Under the pieces are notes generated by a model. It saw only the letters and a program-made list of their open reading frames with translations, was not told the origin of the DNA and ran no database searches. A DNA stretch of 64,000 nt from Chrysomallon squamiferum (Eukaryota; Animalia; Mollusca): positions 7,068,001-7,132,000 of the forward strand of contig CM022672.1 of assembly GCA_012295275.1 (NCBI GenBank), given 5' to 3'. Made by a program: the position numbers and the translations under genes. The first letter of the stretch is position 1, and each line of letters begins with the position of its first letter. Of this stretch, positions 37,051 through 50,991 are shown in pieces.

Positions 37051-38582
37051 TGTAAAAGAATCCTGAGTCTTGAAAATACTTATCAAGTGAAGATGATACT
37101 GCAACAGGAGATTGGACAAGTGTGCATTCAGGGATGTCACCAAGATGTTTCAGATGCATTTGATGTTGTAACCAGTATCCTGAGAGAAGCTGATCATTTT
37201 AAGAGTGAATGTGAAAAAGCTGCGATACTTTCAAACCAGGCTCAGTGGTACTTCACTGATAAAGAACAAGAAACTCTTATAAAGTATGATAAAGATGTGA
37301 ATGGCACTATAGAAAAAGCACATTATGATGGCTTTCCCACAGTCAGTTTGCAAGCTGGCAGGTTTAAGTACATCATAGACTTTCAGAGCATGGAGGAATA
37401 CCTTGCTGATAGCAAATATGATTCTGTGAAAGTTGTTCGTGAAAGTCTTATCAAAGGTAAAAATAGTTTCAAGCATACATTTATTATCAAACTTCAACAA
37501 TATATACATGTATAAATTTATTATTTTTATGGTAGATATTTTATAATAATATTCACATTTTTGAAAGTGAATTGAATTTAAGAATTTGATGTACTCTAGT
37601 TTTTTATGAACACATAATCATTGAAAGGTTAGCTGTTTATTAAATGTACAAAAAATTATTATGAAACATCATTAAGTTAAATATTTAAATTTTTATTTGA
37701 CAGATTCAAAAATGAAAACAACTGAAGTTAAATCACTTCATTATGAAGCTATGAAAAGACTGCTTAAAGAAGATCTGTTTGTTGATATAAAACTAGGACA
37801 TGACAAAACTTCATCAACATTTGAAAAAGATGAAACTAGAGAGATCCAAAACAGAACTGAGGAACTGATGAGAGAAAACATCAACACAGAGACTGTCTCA
37901 TTGAAGCAAGAAGAGATCAAATCAGTTGTAAAGAGTTTACAAGATTCTACACAAGATGTTTACTGTGCTTATATTCCACAACAAAACATGGTCGCAGTTT
38001 TCAGTGAAGATAGAAACATACTGGAAGAAATGAAAAGGAAACTTCAGATAAAATTGGAACTAAAAAAACCAAGAGGTCAAGCTGGTCAAATATTTACTTC
38101 TTCTAAAACTGTCAGCTCTGAACAGAAGAATCAAGCAACATCATCCATTCAGAATGTGTCAACATCCACTTCAACAACATTCAGTGTTGAGCCACTTTTC
38201 ATAGGCAAACATCTTGACGTGATGGTGTACAAAGGTAATATCACTCAGCTGTCAGTTGAGGCTATTGTAAATGCTGCTAATGGTCATTTAGATCATGGAG
38301 CTGGAGTAGCAAGAGCAATAGCTGATGCAGCAGGAGATGACTTGGTTAAAGAAGGAAACAAGTTTGTTAGAGAACAAGGACAAATTGCTGTGACTGGTGT
38401 TGTTGTCACCACAGCTGGACGACTTCCCTATCACTGTGTACTTCATGCTGTAGGTCCTGCTTACTATGATTACAAGGACAAGTCAGAATGTTTGGAAGAT
38501 CTCTGTAAAACAATACTGAGATGTCTGTGTGAGGCCCGCAAACAAAATGTGAAATCTGTAGCAATTCCATCCATCAGTTCAG
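37051..38582 (+). CDS. WWE exon (37051-37456) spliced across a 247-bp intron to the KH-like/Macro1 exon (37704-38582), copy 2
   Basis: Phase-1 donor AAAG|GTAAAA and phase-1 acceptor TGACAG|AT give a continuous frame; Macro1 has NAAN, HGAGV, VLHAVGP and AIPSISSG. Confidence 0.85.
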
Positions 38583-40677
38583 GTATTTAATTATCATAAA
38601 TATTTTACTTTGTTAAATAAGATAATGTGAACAGATTTAATTTGAAATAAATTGTGTTTTTTATCTGATTTTCAGTTTAGCAACTTCAGAAATATTTTTT
38701 TCTTCACTGTTTGTAAAATTCAACCAGATTAATTGAATCAAATATTTCTTGGATCAGTTGTCTACACATTTGCATATAGCTTGCCTAGCAAATCTGCCTG
38801 AAAAGTACTTTTATTTTTATTTATTTTTTGAACTGTTTTTAATTTAGTATTTGCCAGACATAAAAATTTTAATAATCATTGTTATATCCAAATACTTTTT
38901 GTATTGGTATTAATATAAATGTTTTGTTATGTGAATTTATTTTATTTCAGGAATCTTTAGTGTTCCAAAGGAATCTTGTGCTGAGATGTATGTGAGAGCT
39001 GTCATGTCGTTTAACTCAGTAGTTTCTGAAGGAAGTCTGAAAGAAGTTCACTTTGTTGACATTAATGACAACATGCTGCAGTTAATCAGCAAAGAGTTTA
39101 TCACAAAATGGGATACAAAACTGGATGAAGAAGTTCTGGAAAGAGATAAAAGATTTATTGAAGAACATCTGCTTGCAAGTAAAGGCTGTCTCAGCCAAAC
39201 ATGTGAATGCTGCAGCAGAAGACAAAAATCACTCAACAACATCAACAGATAAGTGTGGCATTCAAGTTATTGTTTACCAAGAAGATATTTTTAATTTTGA
39301 TTGTGATGCAATTGTCTGCTGGAAAAATCCCAGTTTTACACCTGTAGATTATGCAAATGGCAAGAGCAATATATCAACATGCTGATTATAATTACAAACA
39401 GAGGTTAAATGAAATTTAAAACAAAGTACACTTTCCAGCAGCGTAATAAAAAAGTATTCACAGTTTTTGCAAAGAAAGGTGTTCTTGTCATCCATGGAAT
39501 TATTGATCCCCTGTCCATCAGTAACTGATTTCCAGGATGTGTTGACAGAAATTATTGAAATATCAGATCAGGAGAAACTGCAATCTATCACTGTTCCAGT
39601 TTTTCATGCTTTCACATCAGGTATCTTAATATTTTGAAAGTTTGCTGAGACTGTGTTTGGATAAACAAAAAAACAAAAACTTTTATTTTTATCTATTGAA
39701 ATATACTTTTACTGATATCATAATTTTTCACACTATTTATATCTTTTGAATTATTTATTTTTTATTTTTGTTGTTGTTGTTGTTGAGAAAGAAAAAGATC
39801 TGGTAGTATTTTTTTCATTTAATCATTAAGTTTAAGATATCAATATGTTTTAATTTTCAATATTGCAATTTTTGTTGTAAATATTTTACTGGTCATCTGA
39901 AATTAGTGTGCTTTAGAATCAGAAAAATGCAGTGATATTTTCTTTGATGATAAATCATTTCCTTTTCCAGACAGTGTCAAGAAATTTACAGAGGTACTTT
40001 GCCAGACTGTGAAAGATTTTATAGCAAATAAAGAACACTTTGACTTGAATCAGATACACATTGTTGACACTGATCAGAAAGTTGTAAGTTCTGTCAACAC
40101 ACTTGTTGAAAACAGTGGAGTAAACAGCTGGACTTCAAACAATCAAACTGATGTCTACAAGAATGAAAGTTCTCCATCACAACATGCACCATCCCAGCAT
40201 TCAGATCATGTTAATGATGTCTGCGCAATTTGCAGGAATGAAATGTCAAATGCTCTGAAACTGAAAAAATGTGGCCATAGTTTTTGCAAAGATTGTATTG
40301 ATACACAAATGAAATACAAACCTGTTTGTCCAAGCTGTGGAATGTTGTATGGTGTTCTGACTGGTGATATGCCTACAGGAGGAACCATGTGTGTTGATTT
40401 TGATAAGTGGGGACTTCCTGGATATGAAAAATGTGGATCTTATTGTATCACTTACTCGTTTCGAGGTGGAAGGCAAACTGTAAGTACTGTAAAATGGTTC
40501 TACAGTAGTTCAATGAGATATTTTTCTAAATACAAACACATACACAGATATACATTTGTTTACCATTACTAGATGTGATCAGCAATTATGATTTCTTCAA
40601 ATCTAAAATAAACAATCAAAAGTAACCAGTGAAGCGAAATTTAACTGATACAAATTAATACATTTCTAAAGCCTTTT

Positions 40678-40710
<33 letters not shown>

Positions 40711-41110
40711 CATATAAATGCTGAATATTCTCAAGGAACACTTTGTCCATGGCTGTATTCATCAACTGGTTTAAAAAAAAAAAAAGTGTGAATGTAGGCA
40801 TGTTACAGACACTGTAAAATTTCAATTTAAATGTTCCATCTGGTTTTTGAATAATATAATACCAGACAGATTTAATAACATCAATCTTTTCATAAACTAA
40901 CCATCTTTACTGAAATTTATAAATAATCTAACTTTCTTAAATAATCAGAGTGAACATTTATTGTTTTTGCTATATGATAATATATTTATTGTTTTTGCCT
41001 TTTTTTCCTTTTTATCATTATCAAATTTTCATTCTGTTGGTCTTTTAGATGCAAAGATTACAGTACACTAGGGAAAATAATTATATAAATGCAGAGAGAG
41101 TCAAGAACAA

Positions 41111-41146
<36 letters not shown>

Positions 41147-42573
41147 TATATACATACATATATGATATATATATATATATACTATAAGATATTGTTTATA
41201 TTAGCACATATGGTTAATTCTTTTTAACAATAAAATTCATTTTATAATTATTGAATTTTTTATTTGGTATGTTTGGAAGTCCCTCTGACAGAGGATGTGG
41301 GACAGTTGCCTTTTTTGCCCCGTTTGCCCTCTTATAAATCTGTCCCTGTTCTCAAGTTAAATTTAATCAGCACTGTTGGAATATTACAAAATGCTGCACT
41401 TTACATATTTAAATACTACTACTAATAACAATAAAAAAAATGTATTGGAAATCTTGATTTGTTCTACAATTTGTTTCTGCAGCTGTTTTATATAAATTGT
41501 TTTTCAGAAAGAACATCCTGATGAAGGACAGTGGTATAAGGGTATTACACGCACTGCTTATTTACCAGATACACTAAAAGGTCGCAAAATACTTGCCATG
41601 TTACGGGTTGCTTGGGAACGAAGACTGACATTTACTATTAGAAGATCAGTCAAAACTGGACGTGATGGCATTCATCATAAAATGAAGATATCATAATTTG
41701 GAATGACATTCATCATAAAACAAAACAATATATGGAGACAAGTAGGTTCTCTTTGTAATTTCTTAATAATGTAGACCATCTTGAATGTTTTTTATCATTT
41801 AAGAAAAAATTACTGAACTGAAGTTGATATAGTTAACTTGTTTTAGAAATAATTTAACAATTTAAAGAGTGTATTGAAGTTGAAAGATTGGTAAACTTGT
41901 TTCAAAAATTATTTTCTTTGTTTTAAAAGTGTTTCTTCTTTAGTGTTCAGAATTTCTATAGCAACATTAATAAAGTTTAGATTAAATGTTTATGTTGTTT
42001 TCAGATTATCAGTGAACTGTTTTGTGACATGAATTTTTATCATACATTATTTCAGTTCTGTATTTTAATATAATATTAAAGTATTGTTTCTCTCTCTTTA
42101 TAGATTTGGTTATCCAGATCCTGGCTACCTAGATCGTGTGGAAGAAAAACTGTCAGCCAAGGGAATCACTGAAGAAAGTATTAAAGATCCGAAGTACAAG
42201 ACACTCACTGGAACCTTTTAGCACATTTGACCACACACTAAAACATTCATATTTGTACTTGATATTTACTGGCATTGTGATTTGTACTTGTTACATAACA
42301 CATTTATTCTAACATTTTCAATTATTTGCTTGTGACAGTATATTATTGTTTCTATATTGCCAAGGTACAAAGCAAATGCAATGTAATTATTTTATTTTTT
42401 TATTTTATTAATTATTTTTCAGTCAGATTTAAGATGTTCGTACTAATATTATGTGTAAAAACATAATTAACTTTCTCATCAGTTAAATATTTTAAATATT
42501 TTTAAAAATAATAATTAGTAAGGGTGCTCATTGTGGGTTTGTTTCTTTGTTGTTGTTTTTTTTTAAAGAAAGT

Positions 42574-42612
<39 letters not shown>

Positions 42613-44523
42613 CTGTTTAATGTTTCCTTTGTTTTATTTATTATCTGTTTAATGTTTCGTTCTGTTTTTATTGAGACATTTCTTTCTCTTTGACATATTA
42701 TGACTGCTTTGCTTTTCATAACATTTTATTCATCTATTTCTTTTTCATTCCATTACAACCAACTGATTTTTCTTAACTTTATGTTCTGACTTGTTTTATT
42801 TAACCTTATATTAGAAAACATATTTTGTTTCTTTTAGTACATTTGTTTTATAGTGTGACCTCTTTGTTTCTCAAAATATTAATGCTGGCATCTCTCATTT
42901 ATTGTAGCATTATTTTAATTCACCTGCCAGACAATATGCTGACTATTTTAACTGTCAAAAAATTTGTAATTAGCTTAATTTATCATATAAATAATTTCAC
43001 TTAATTAAGCTTTCACCTTTTTAGTTAAACTGTACATTGCCAAGTACTGTGGAACAAAAGTAAGAAATAATTAAGAGATAATTAGAAATTGTTGAAGTTT
43101 TAAAAGTATGAAACAAGAAAATAGCAACTATGGTACCATGTCATAAAGTTATTTGATCCTTTACTATCATATGATTGAATCAGCTCAACAACAACAAATT
43201 CAGGCCAACTGGTGAATTTTATCTCTCACTGTCTTACTGTATGTAGGTGAATAGTTCATATTAATGTTATCAGTTTTTGTGAAAGTGTAATGATTTAAAC
43301 AAACTATTATTACATTTAATTTTGTACTCTTTAATTTTTTTTTTGTTGTTGTTCTTTTTAAATTTAGTTTTTGTTATATTACATAGTATTTTAGTATACA
43401 AAGACAAAGACAGGTACATACATACATACATACATGCATACACACATATACTCATAAACATGCACATACACATTACACAATACATAGATGTAAATATATA
43501 TAAAACTGTTGTATCGTTTATACATTATACAAGAGTTTATAATATTATATTATCTGTGTATATAGAAAATTTGATTACTCAAACTTTAATATTTTAAAAT
43601 CATGAGCAACAACAAAGAAGATCTAATGAATTTTTTTTTGTAAATCTATAAATTTTTTGTAAAGATTTTTAAATTCATATGTTCTTAAGTTATACATTTT
43701 TATTGCTGTTTATTATTGGAATTTAATATTGCTGAGAATTTTAAATTTTCTTTAAATGTAACAGCAAACAGGCAGTAATTTTACCTTTGTTAGTTGCATG
43801 CATCGGTGTAACATGTTAAAAAGACTGAAAGATTAATATTTATTAGTCACATCATTTATAGTTGAGCAGAATGTTGTATTTAATGTGTAGGAGACTCTCT
43901 CTCTCTCATTTTAAATCTTTGTTTTTGCAAATGATGAAATGAAAAAGGAAACCTGTTTCAGCCACTCCATATTTACTTTTAATGACTGTAACAGATATTT
44001 TATATAAACCTTGTCATAAACAGAAAAACTCATGTCACAATTTCTATAATTTGTTTATGTTTTGAAATAAAGTAATTAAACAAAACCTTTTCATTATGAT
44101 TTACATATTTATTGTTATCACTGTTAGTGGGTGAAAAGCAAAAATATGGAAAACTAAAAAATTTTAACGGAATATACCAATTATTTCCCATTTCCATTCA
44201 GAATGAATTATCATCAGTTGTCATACTAGTATGTGCACTGCTGTTAAATGAAAGATAATAAAACTTGATCTTGTGCTGCTAGTGGAGAAGTGAAATGGGT
44301 GTCCTCTGTGTCAGATTTTACAACGTATTTACCTAGTTGTTTATCAGTGTGTTCTTGTGATGTTGTTAAACAAATAACACTAACAACAACAACATTTTAT
44401 ATGTTTGGTGGTTACTGTTATTGTTATTATTATTAGTTATTACTGATCGACTGATTTATTTTTATTTATTTTTTTTGAGGGGGGGGTTTGTTTCATTTTG
44501 TTTTTGTTTCTTTTTCTTCTTTT

Positions 44524-44593
<70 letters not shown>

Positions 44594-45124
44594 TATTTAT
44601 TAATATTTCTTCAAGTTAAGTTTAATGATAAAAAACGTGTGAAATAGTTTAAAATACGATTTTCATTTCTTTCCTCTTTTTTTATTTTTATTTTTTTATT
44701 TACTGGTTTGAATTTATTATTCCTTTATAATATTTACATACTATAAAATATTCAGAAGAATATTTGTTTTTATTTACTGTATTATTCTTATATATAATTT
44801 TATTTTAATAGTTTTAACTTTTGAATAAAAGAATACGTCTATTACCATAATTTTTTTATGAAAACATTTTAAGTAGGAGGCAAGAGATTCTATACAGACT
44901 GGTTTGCTGTAAAACAAAATTATTTCACGTGCATGAGAAAAAAGTTTTTAAGTACATGAAGAAAATTATATTCAAAATTGTCCCTGTTATAAACTGAACC
45001 AGTTAGATATACTCATCTGTTAACAAATGGTTAAAAACTGAATTTAGATGCATTTAATAATGAAATATCATTACATATAACTTTTTATGAAAATTTCACT
45101 GTTTTAAAGATATCAACGTTATTA

Positions 45125-45168
<44 letters not shown>

Positions 45169-45175
45169 AGATATA

Positions 45176-45206
<31 letters not shown>

Positions 45207-46922
45207 GTATATACAGGGCCTATAAGAGGGGGGTCCAGTCGCTACTTTGTTCCTGGGGCCCAAGAGTTAAGAATTAACCATGCACTAATAGAATAAGTTT
45301 ATTACATTATGTTATATCAAATAAAGCGTTTATGAGAGTTTACATACATATTTACTGGATGTGAAATGCTCTGTTTTGAGGGAAAAAATGCCTGCCTTGC
45401 CTTTGAAGCCCTGTATGTGTGTGTGTGTGTGTGTGTGTGAGTGCACGCGTGCTAGTTTATAAAGCAAAATAATGTAGTTAAAAGCCTATTTGTTAGTAAT
45501 TTTTCTCATAATAAAGACTTACTCTTTTATCTAGTGATTTGTTATGTTGTTTGTTATATACTGAAATAAACTGAACTGTGTGCGTTAGTGTGTATCTGTT
45601 TAAGTACTCTTATTTTGTTTTCAGGTAAATAAGATTTAAAACTGAACTCATTAAATTATAAATAACATACCTAAAAAGAAAATATGGCATTTAATAAAAA
45701 ATTTTAAATTTTATTCTTTTACGTCTTCATATGACGTCTTTAAAGTTATTTTGATCGAAACAACAACTTTTATGATTATTGTTTGTACCAATATTAATTT
45801 TTATTTTATTTTTAATTTCTTTGGTTGAATGTTCTTCTGCAATTTCATATTCTTGATGTAATATTATTTGCTAATGTTGAAAAATTAGAGTAGTACAGAT
45901 CATTAACTAATATCATTTTCAACTCAAATTAGCAATTTTAAGGCAAATAAATGTTGTTTATATGTAAAAAATAATAAATTATTGAATTAAAGCACTGACA
46001 AAAAAAAAAAAAACAACAGGAGGTTGAGTAGAGAGATATCTTCATTGTTTTGTTAATGGTGAATGACATTCCTGTACAAATAAATCGACCTGAATTAAAT
46101 GGAAGATAGGAAACAAAAATCACGGGTGGTTTCATTGTAGATTACGTCTTTCTAAATTGAATAAATCATTCTGAATAGATTATTTTCTCCACATCTAATA
46201 AAATTGGATAAAAACTCTTTGCACTATTTTCAGACGAGAAATAAAACGTCAAAGTGATTTTTCTTACAGATACGGGAAAGAAAATATATTCGCGTCAAAA
46301 ATTTGGTTTTATTGATTTGTTTTCCAGCATTAATAATGTATTCCTAAATTGTAATAAAAAATAACGTAATAATAATATTAATTTTAACAACAATAATAAT
46401 AAACAAGGGGAGAAAAGAAATTGTGTTGATAGAAGAAAACAGAGACAAAATGGAAGATTCCGCATGGAAACTGCGTACGTTTTAATGAAATAGTAAATAA
46501 TTTAAAAAGGAATTCGACTTTAATATTCCCCCACATTAAACGTTTAATATCCTTAATACTGCAGAATAAAAGATAATTATTTCAGAAGTAACTTATTTAT
46601 CAGATAACCTAAACAGCATTTATAAACAGGTACAGTAATGACACAGTGATATTATTAAAACTGGAGATTGTTTTAAAGTAATCCATTTAAAACCTGTCCA
46701 GCCAATATGCACGCACAGGCAGAAAGAAACAGAAAATAATTTTGATATTTACATTTGAACTTGCAAATAATTCAGCTAGATTTCTTTTATAATGTGACTT
46801 TACCTTATGTGTTTCATAAAAAAGATAAAATTTTAACATGATATCAGTTTAAAACCATGAAAATCCATTGGTCAATCAGAAAGTAAGCACTATTGTGTAT
46901 AAGTGGTAAAACTGGTTTGATA

Positions 46923-47877
46923 TATATTCTTCAAAAACAAAAAGAAAAAAACAATAAGAAAGAAAGAAAAAAGAAAAAAATTGAACACTGATCTTCAAAG
47001 TTTGATAATAAAACTAAACAAAACTAAACCGATAGACTTGATGCATCAAGCATTCAAAGATCAAGACCCCATGGGATTACTCTGTACGGTCCGGAACATG
47101 TACATAGGGATACATGTGACACGGGGGTGGGCAAAATGCCAGTATCAGTTACGACCACAATATGCCCTCTTGACAGCTTGACAAAGGTATAGAAACAACC
47201 TCACTTGAACAACACGTTGTGAAATGTTCTGCCACTCAGCAGTGCTGTAAAATGTTTCAAATGTGTAAAATGTCGCTGCAATGGATTCTTCTGGCAAACA
47301 CGCTGATCGCACAGATGTGCTGTTAGATTCAAATGTTGCAAACGAGCAGGCCAAGATCATGTCGATGTTGCGGCACCGAAGAATTCCTAATACTTGCAAC
47401 CTCTGGCCTGGCGTTGTGATACTGAAACATTTCACCGCTGATGTTCATAAGCGGAATGACGTAATGCTGCACGATCTCGTCTCGATAGCTGACGTCCATC
47501 ACCAAAACAGTTGACATGTTGCTCTCAGACTGCAGTCTTCCAATAGCACTGATGTCAATATTTGCATTATTATGTGACATACTTGTCGTTATGCGGTTTG
47601 TTTAAATCGCTATTTATGTGGCATTTTATGCCTCACCACCAGAGATTCGGCATGCACAGTTACAGCACTTCACGATGCACCTTTTTCTCTCAGATTGACG
47701 TTTTTACGTGTCATTACAAATTTTAACTATGGCTACGTTTATGCGAAACGGACATGTTTGCTAGCGCTTTTTCATTTCTTACTTGACTGTCTATACGGTG
47801 TCTTTGATTCTGTAAAAGACATAGCATTATTTTTACCTATATCAAGTTTCTACTTTTTCTCTTCTTTCAAGAGTATA
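46923..47877 (-). mobile_element. Decayed, internally deleted Tc1/mariner element
   Basis: Termini TATATTCTTCAAAAA... and ...TTTCAAGAGTATA. Minus-strand fragments YRDEIVQHYVIP..FQYHNARP and WPARLQHLNLTAHLCD are degenerate FQQDNARPH and WPARSPDLNPIEHLWD motifs. Confidence 0.75.
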
Positions 47878-47962
47878 TAAACCATGTGACACTTGAATTA
47901 ATGTTGTTTGTCAAGTAAGACATTTCAAAAGAACAACTAGTTTAACTCTTCTGTCTATTTAG

Positions 47963-48085
47963 AGACACGATTTTTTGTTGACTTTAGTATGTATATAGTT
48001 TGTATAAATGACCACATTGGTGAAGACACGATTTTTTGTTGACTTTAGTGTCTATATAAGTTTGTGTAAATGACCCCGTTGGTAA
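47963..48085. repeat. Two ~61-bp tandem units
   Basis: AGACACGATTTTTTGTTGACTTTAGT..TATA..GTTTGT.TAAATGACC...TTGGT.AA occurs twice in direct succession. Confidence 0.85.
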
Positions 48086-48977
48086 AGAGCAAACCTACTT
48101 TCATACTTAAAAACATACATACATACATATATATAAATACACACTCACACATATATATCTTTTTGACGTCTATTTATAACGCTCATTTTGAGATTTATTA
48201 TAATTCTGACATTAGTCAGAACAAATTTTAAAAACAAAAAGAACAACAAAAAAACACAAAAACATAGCAGTAATTCATATTACGGCTTGTTAAATCAAGC
48301 AGTTATGTAGTTTTAATCACTATGTTAGAAGCTAACGTTCGCAGTTTATTTTGAATCAAGGGTGATGAGGAAGAATGTACGAAATGTTTTTCAATCTTTA
48401 TATATATATATATATATATAAGAACAAACTTGCGCGGCCAGTTTTAATTTTCTAATTTCTGATTATACAAACAATGAACTATTTGACTATTACTGGTGTA
48501 TTTTCATTTTATTATGATTTTTCTTAAAACAATAATTATATGACACGTGATCCCTGAAGGTCAGTAGTACACCCTCGGAGGACTGCACGGCTGCCTAGTT
48601 AGCCTGATGGTAGCGCCGTTGTAGCATCTTGAAAACACGCCTCCGCCCGAAAACTGTTCCCGGTTCAACAACTCTCCGCCTAGTTATGTAGATTTAAATA
48701 CAGTCATAAAATTTAGTTGATTTGAGCACTGTTTATTTTCTTTAGTTGCAATTTAGTAAGTGAACATGTCTGTTATGAACATCAGTGCAAAGTTTAGAAC
48801 ACAAATTTTTGTTTTATGTATATGGCATAACATCCACGTAATGTGAAAAGGAGGTCATTCATACATACATGTATATATCTATGCATACATACTTAAATAT
48901 ATAAATAATGCATAGACATATATTTAAACGCACATACACATGCATGTAGCAGCAACGTATTTGAGTAACCTTCCTAT

Positions 48978-49600
48978 GTGCAGAGTCTAACCAAACGCAT
49001 GTAAGACAGAAAATATTCATTCGTAAATGCATACCAGTGCCAGGTTTCCCACAAAAATAGATGCAACCAAAAATGATGAAAAACGAAAAGGAACGGCGTG
49101 TTTCGTGGGAAGCGATGATTACCCTCGATTACTCAGTAACATTTCTTTCAAAGGTTATCATGGTGCTGAGGGCGAATGACTGTCATACGTTCAAGTTTCG
49201 TAAACGGCATCTAACATGTTTGACTTCGTCCTCCTCTGCCAGTGAGTTCCTGAATATTGTCTACTGCGGAGTCTAATCAGACGTACATAAGACAGAGAAT
49301 ATTCAAATGTTAAAATACATAATTGCCACAAAAAATAGATGCACGCAAAAATAGCAAAAGACAAAGAACGACTTACTTGGTGGGAAGCGAAGATTATCGT
49401 CGGTTTTTACTGAACAACCTTTTTAATGTTGTCTTGATGGCCTAATTGTAAAGTCGTCCGGCTTTCGGGGTGCGAGCGAATGGGTGCCAGACGTTCAAGT
49501 CTCGTCAGCGGCATCTGACGGGGTTTGTTAGGTCGTGATTGGATTTCCTCCTCCAGCGCCTGTGCGTTCCCGAATATTGTCTAAGTGCAGAGTCTAATCA
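48978..49600. repeat. Diverged ~290-320-bp tandem repeat (two units plus the start of a third)
   Basis: GTGCAGAGTCTAA-like starts at ~48978, ~49264 and ~49585. The units share CCACAAAAATAGATGCA, TGGGAAGCGA, CGTTCAAGT, CGGCATCT and GAATATTGTCTA. Confidence 0.75.
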
Positions 49601-49799
49601 TAAAATATAAACATACATACATACATACATACATGTATATAATTTAAAAATGTATCGTTCTTCGTATGAAATCCAAGAACACTTTCAACGGAATTATTAA
49701 TAATCCCAGGTTTTGGCATTATGAGGTAATGCATGACACCAGTTTAGAGATATGGGGGAGTGTTTTGGGGCTTTTATACCGGCCCCGAGTTATTTAATA

Positions 49800-49937
49800 C
49801 AGTGGTACCTTGACTTACGAGTTTAGTTCGTTCCGTGTCCGAGCTCGTATCTCATTTTGCTCGAATATCAAATCAATTTTCCCAACTGAAATTAACTGAA
49901 ACATCATTAATCCGTTCCAGCCTCCCAAAAACCACCA

Positions 49938-50013
<76 letters not shown>

Positions 50014-50585
50014 TAACGTGTTTTTAAATAAGAAAAAAATGTATTTATAAATGACAAATATTGTAAACAAACAATAAAAAATAAAATAAAAGAGAATGTA
50101 AAGAAATAAATAGGTTTTGTAAAGTGTATTTATCTTGGACATCAGACAAATTATTTTAACGCCTTTGACTTGAGTTACAGCCTTTATCGACTGCTCCTGC
50201 TTCAGTATGGTACATATCGTAGAAGTGCTACGCTCGTACTGCCTAGCCTACGTGCACACCTCGCTCAAGTGTTTTCTATGATTTCAAGCCTTAATTCAAT
50301 GGACATCATCCGCTTCTTCTTCTTAGCTCTGTCCTTTGCACTCACTTTCTTAGGATCCATGGCCAGAAACCAGAAAATTTGCAAAATACTGCACAAAACA
50401 CGAGCACAGGACAACAGAGATGCTTCCGCGGCGAGGTAACCACGTGAAGTAAACGAGTGAGACGCGGGATACTGGCCGAATGTTACGTTGTTCGTTGCGC
50501 CAACTAGCGGCGGCGTATCTGAAGCTCGCTCGAAACCTGGATTTTAGTTCGGACGACTGCTCATAACTTGAAAAACTCGTAAGTT
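49800..50585 (-). mobile_element. Tigger/pogo-like non-autonomous element, one TIR missing
   Basis: Starts TA|CAGTGGTACCTTGACTTACGAG, is collinear with 51952-52821, and ends in a (TG)n run before the second TIR. Confidence 0.8.
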
Positions 50586-50623
50586 GTGTGTATGAGTGTG
50601 TGTGTGCGTGTGTGTGTATATGT

Positions 50624-50700
<77 letters not shown>

Positions 50701-50842
50701 AATGTAAACATGTGTAAACTCACTTGGTTATAATAAAATTGCAAAAATGCCGGTTTAAATGTATTTTAATTGCTAAATAAAAAACATAAAATACAGGCAA
50801 AATTTAATGTAACAACAAAAATAAAATTTGTACTGCACAAGT

Positions 50843-50888
<46 letters not shown>

Positions 50889-50991
50889 GCCTTAGAGACT
50901 AAAATCCGAATACATTTATAATTAAGTAGTAACTATTTTAACGAGGATATATCGTCTGCATGAGCTGTGTTATCCGTCTTTAACACAAAAA

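Larger units (their letters stand above)
30364..42221 (+). pseudogene. PARP14/DTX3L-like: Paralogous chimeric PARP14/DTX3L-like gene, copy 2: open through Macro1 (stop at 39250-39252), disrupted in Macro2 and DTC
   Basis: Exons: 30364-30568, 30821-31078, 32069-32311, 32455-33045, 33472-33539, 35924-36029, 36378-36595, 37051-37456, 37704-38582, 38951-39620, 39971-40479, 41508-41741, 42104-42221. Extra A at ~39181 and ~39354, further lesions at ~39415-39525, and a ~22-nt insertion at ~41670 in the DTC exon. Confidence 0.75.
1..44980 (+). repeat. Tandem segmental duplication: unit 1 ~1-25330, unit 2 ~25331-44980
   Basis: Collinear homology of the MITE, hAT, promoter, exons, introns and 3' tail. 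The tail motif TTATTATTTCTGTACAATATTTATA..GAAGAATATTT recurs at ~1, ~25331 and ~44711. Confidence 0.9.

Noticed and set aside
25331-44980. Unit 2 as an uncollapsed haplotype of unit 1
   Set aside because: Large structural differences and strongly diverged introns and Macro2 fit paralogy better, though read depth should confirm.
45214-45413. Possible 200-bp MITE with CAGGGC...GCCCTG ends
   Set aside because: Only ~6 bp of inverted match and no convincing TSD.
47963-49600. CRISPR-like array
   Set aside because: Eukaryotic context; the repeats are contiguous tandem units without unique spacers and no cas genes are present.
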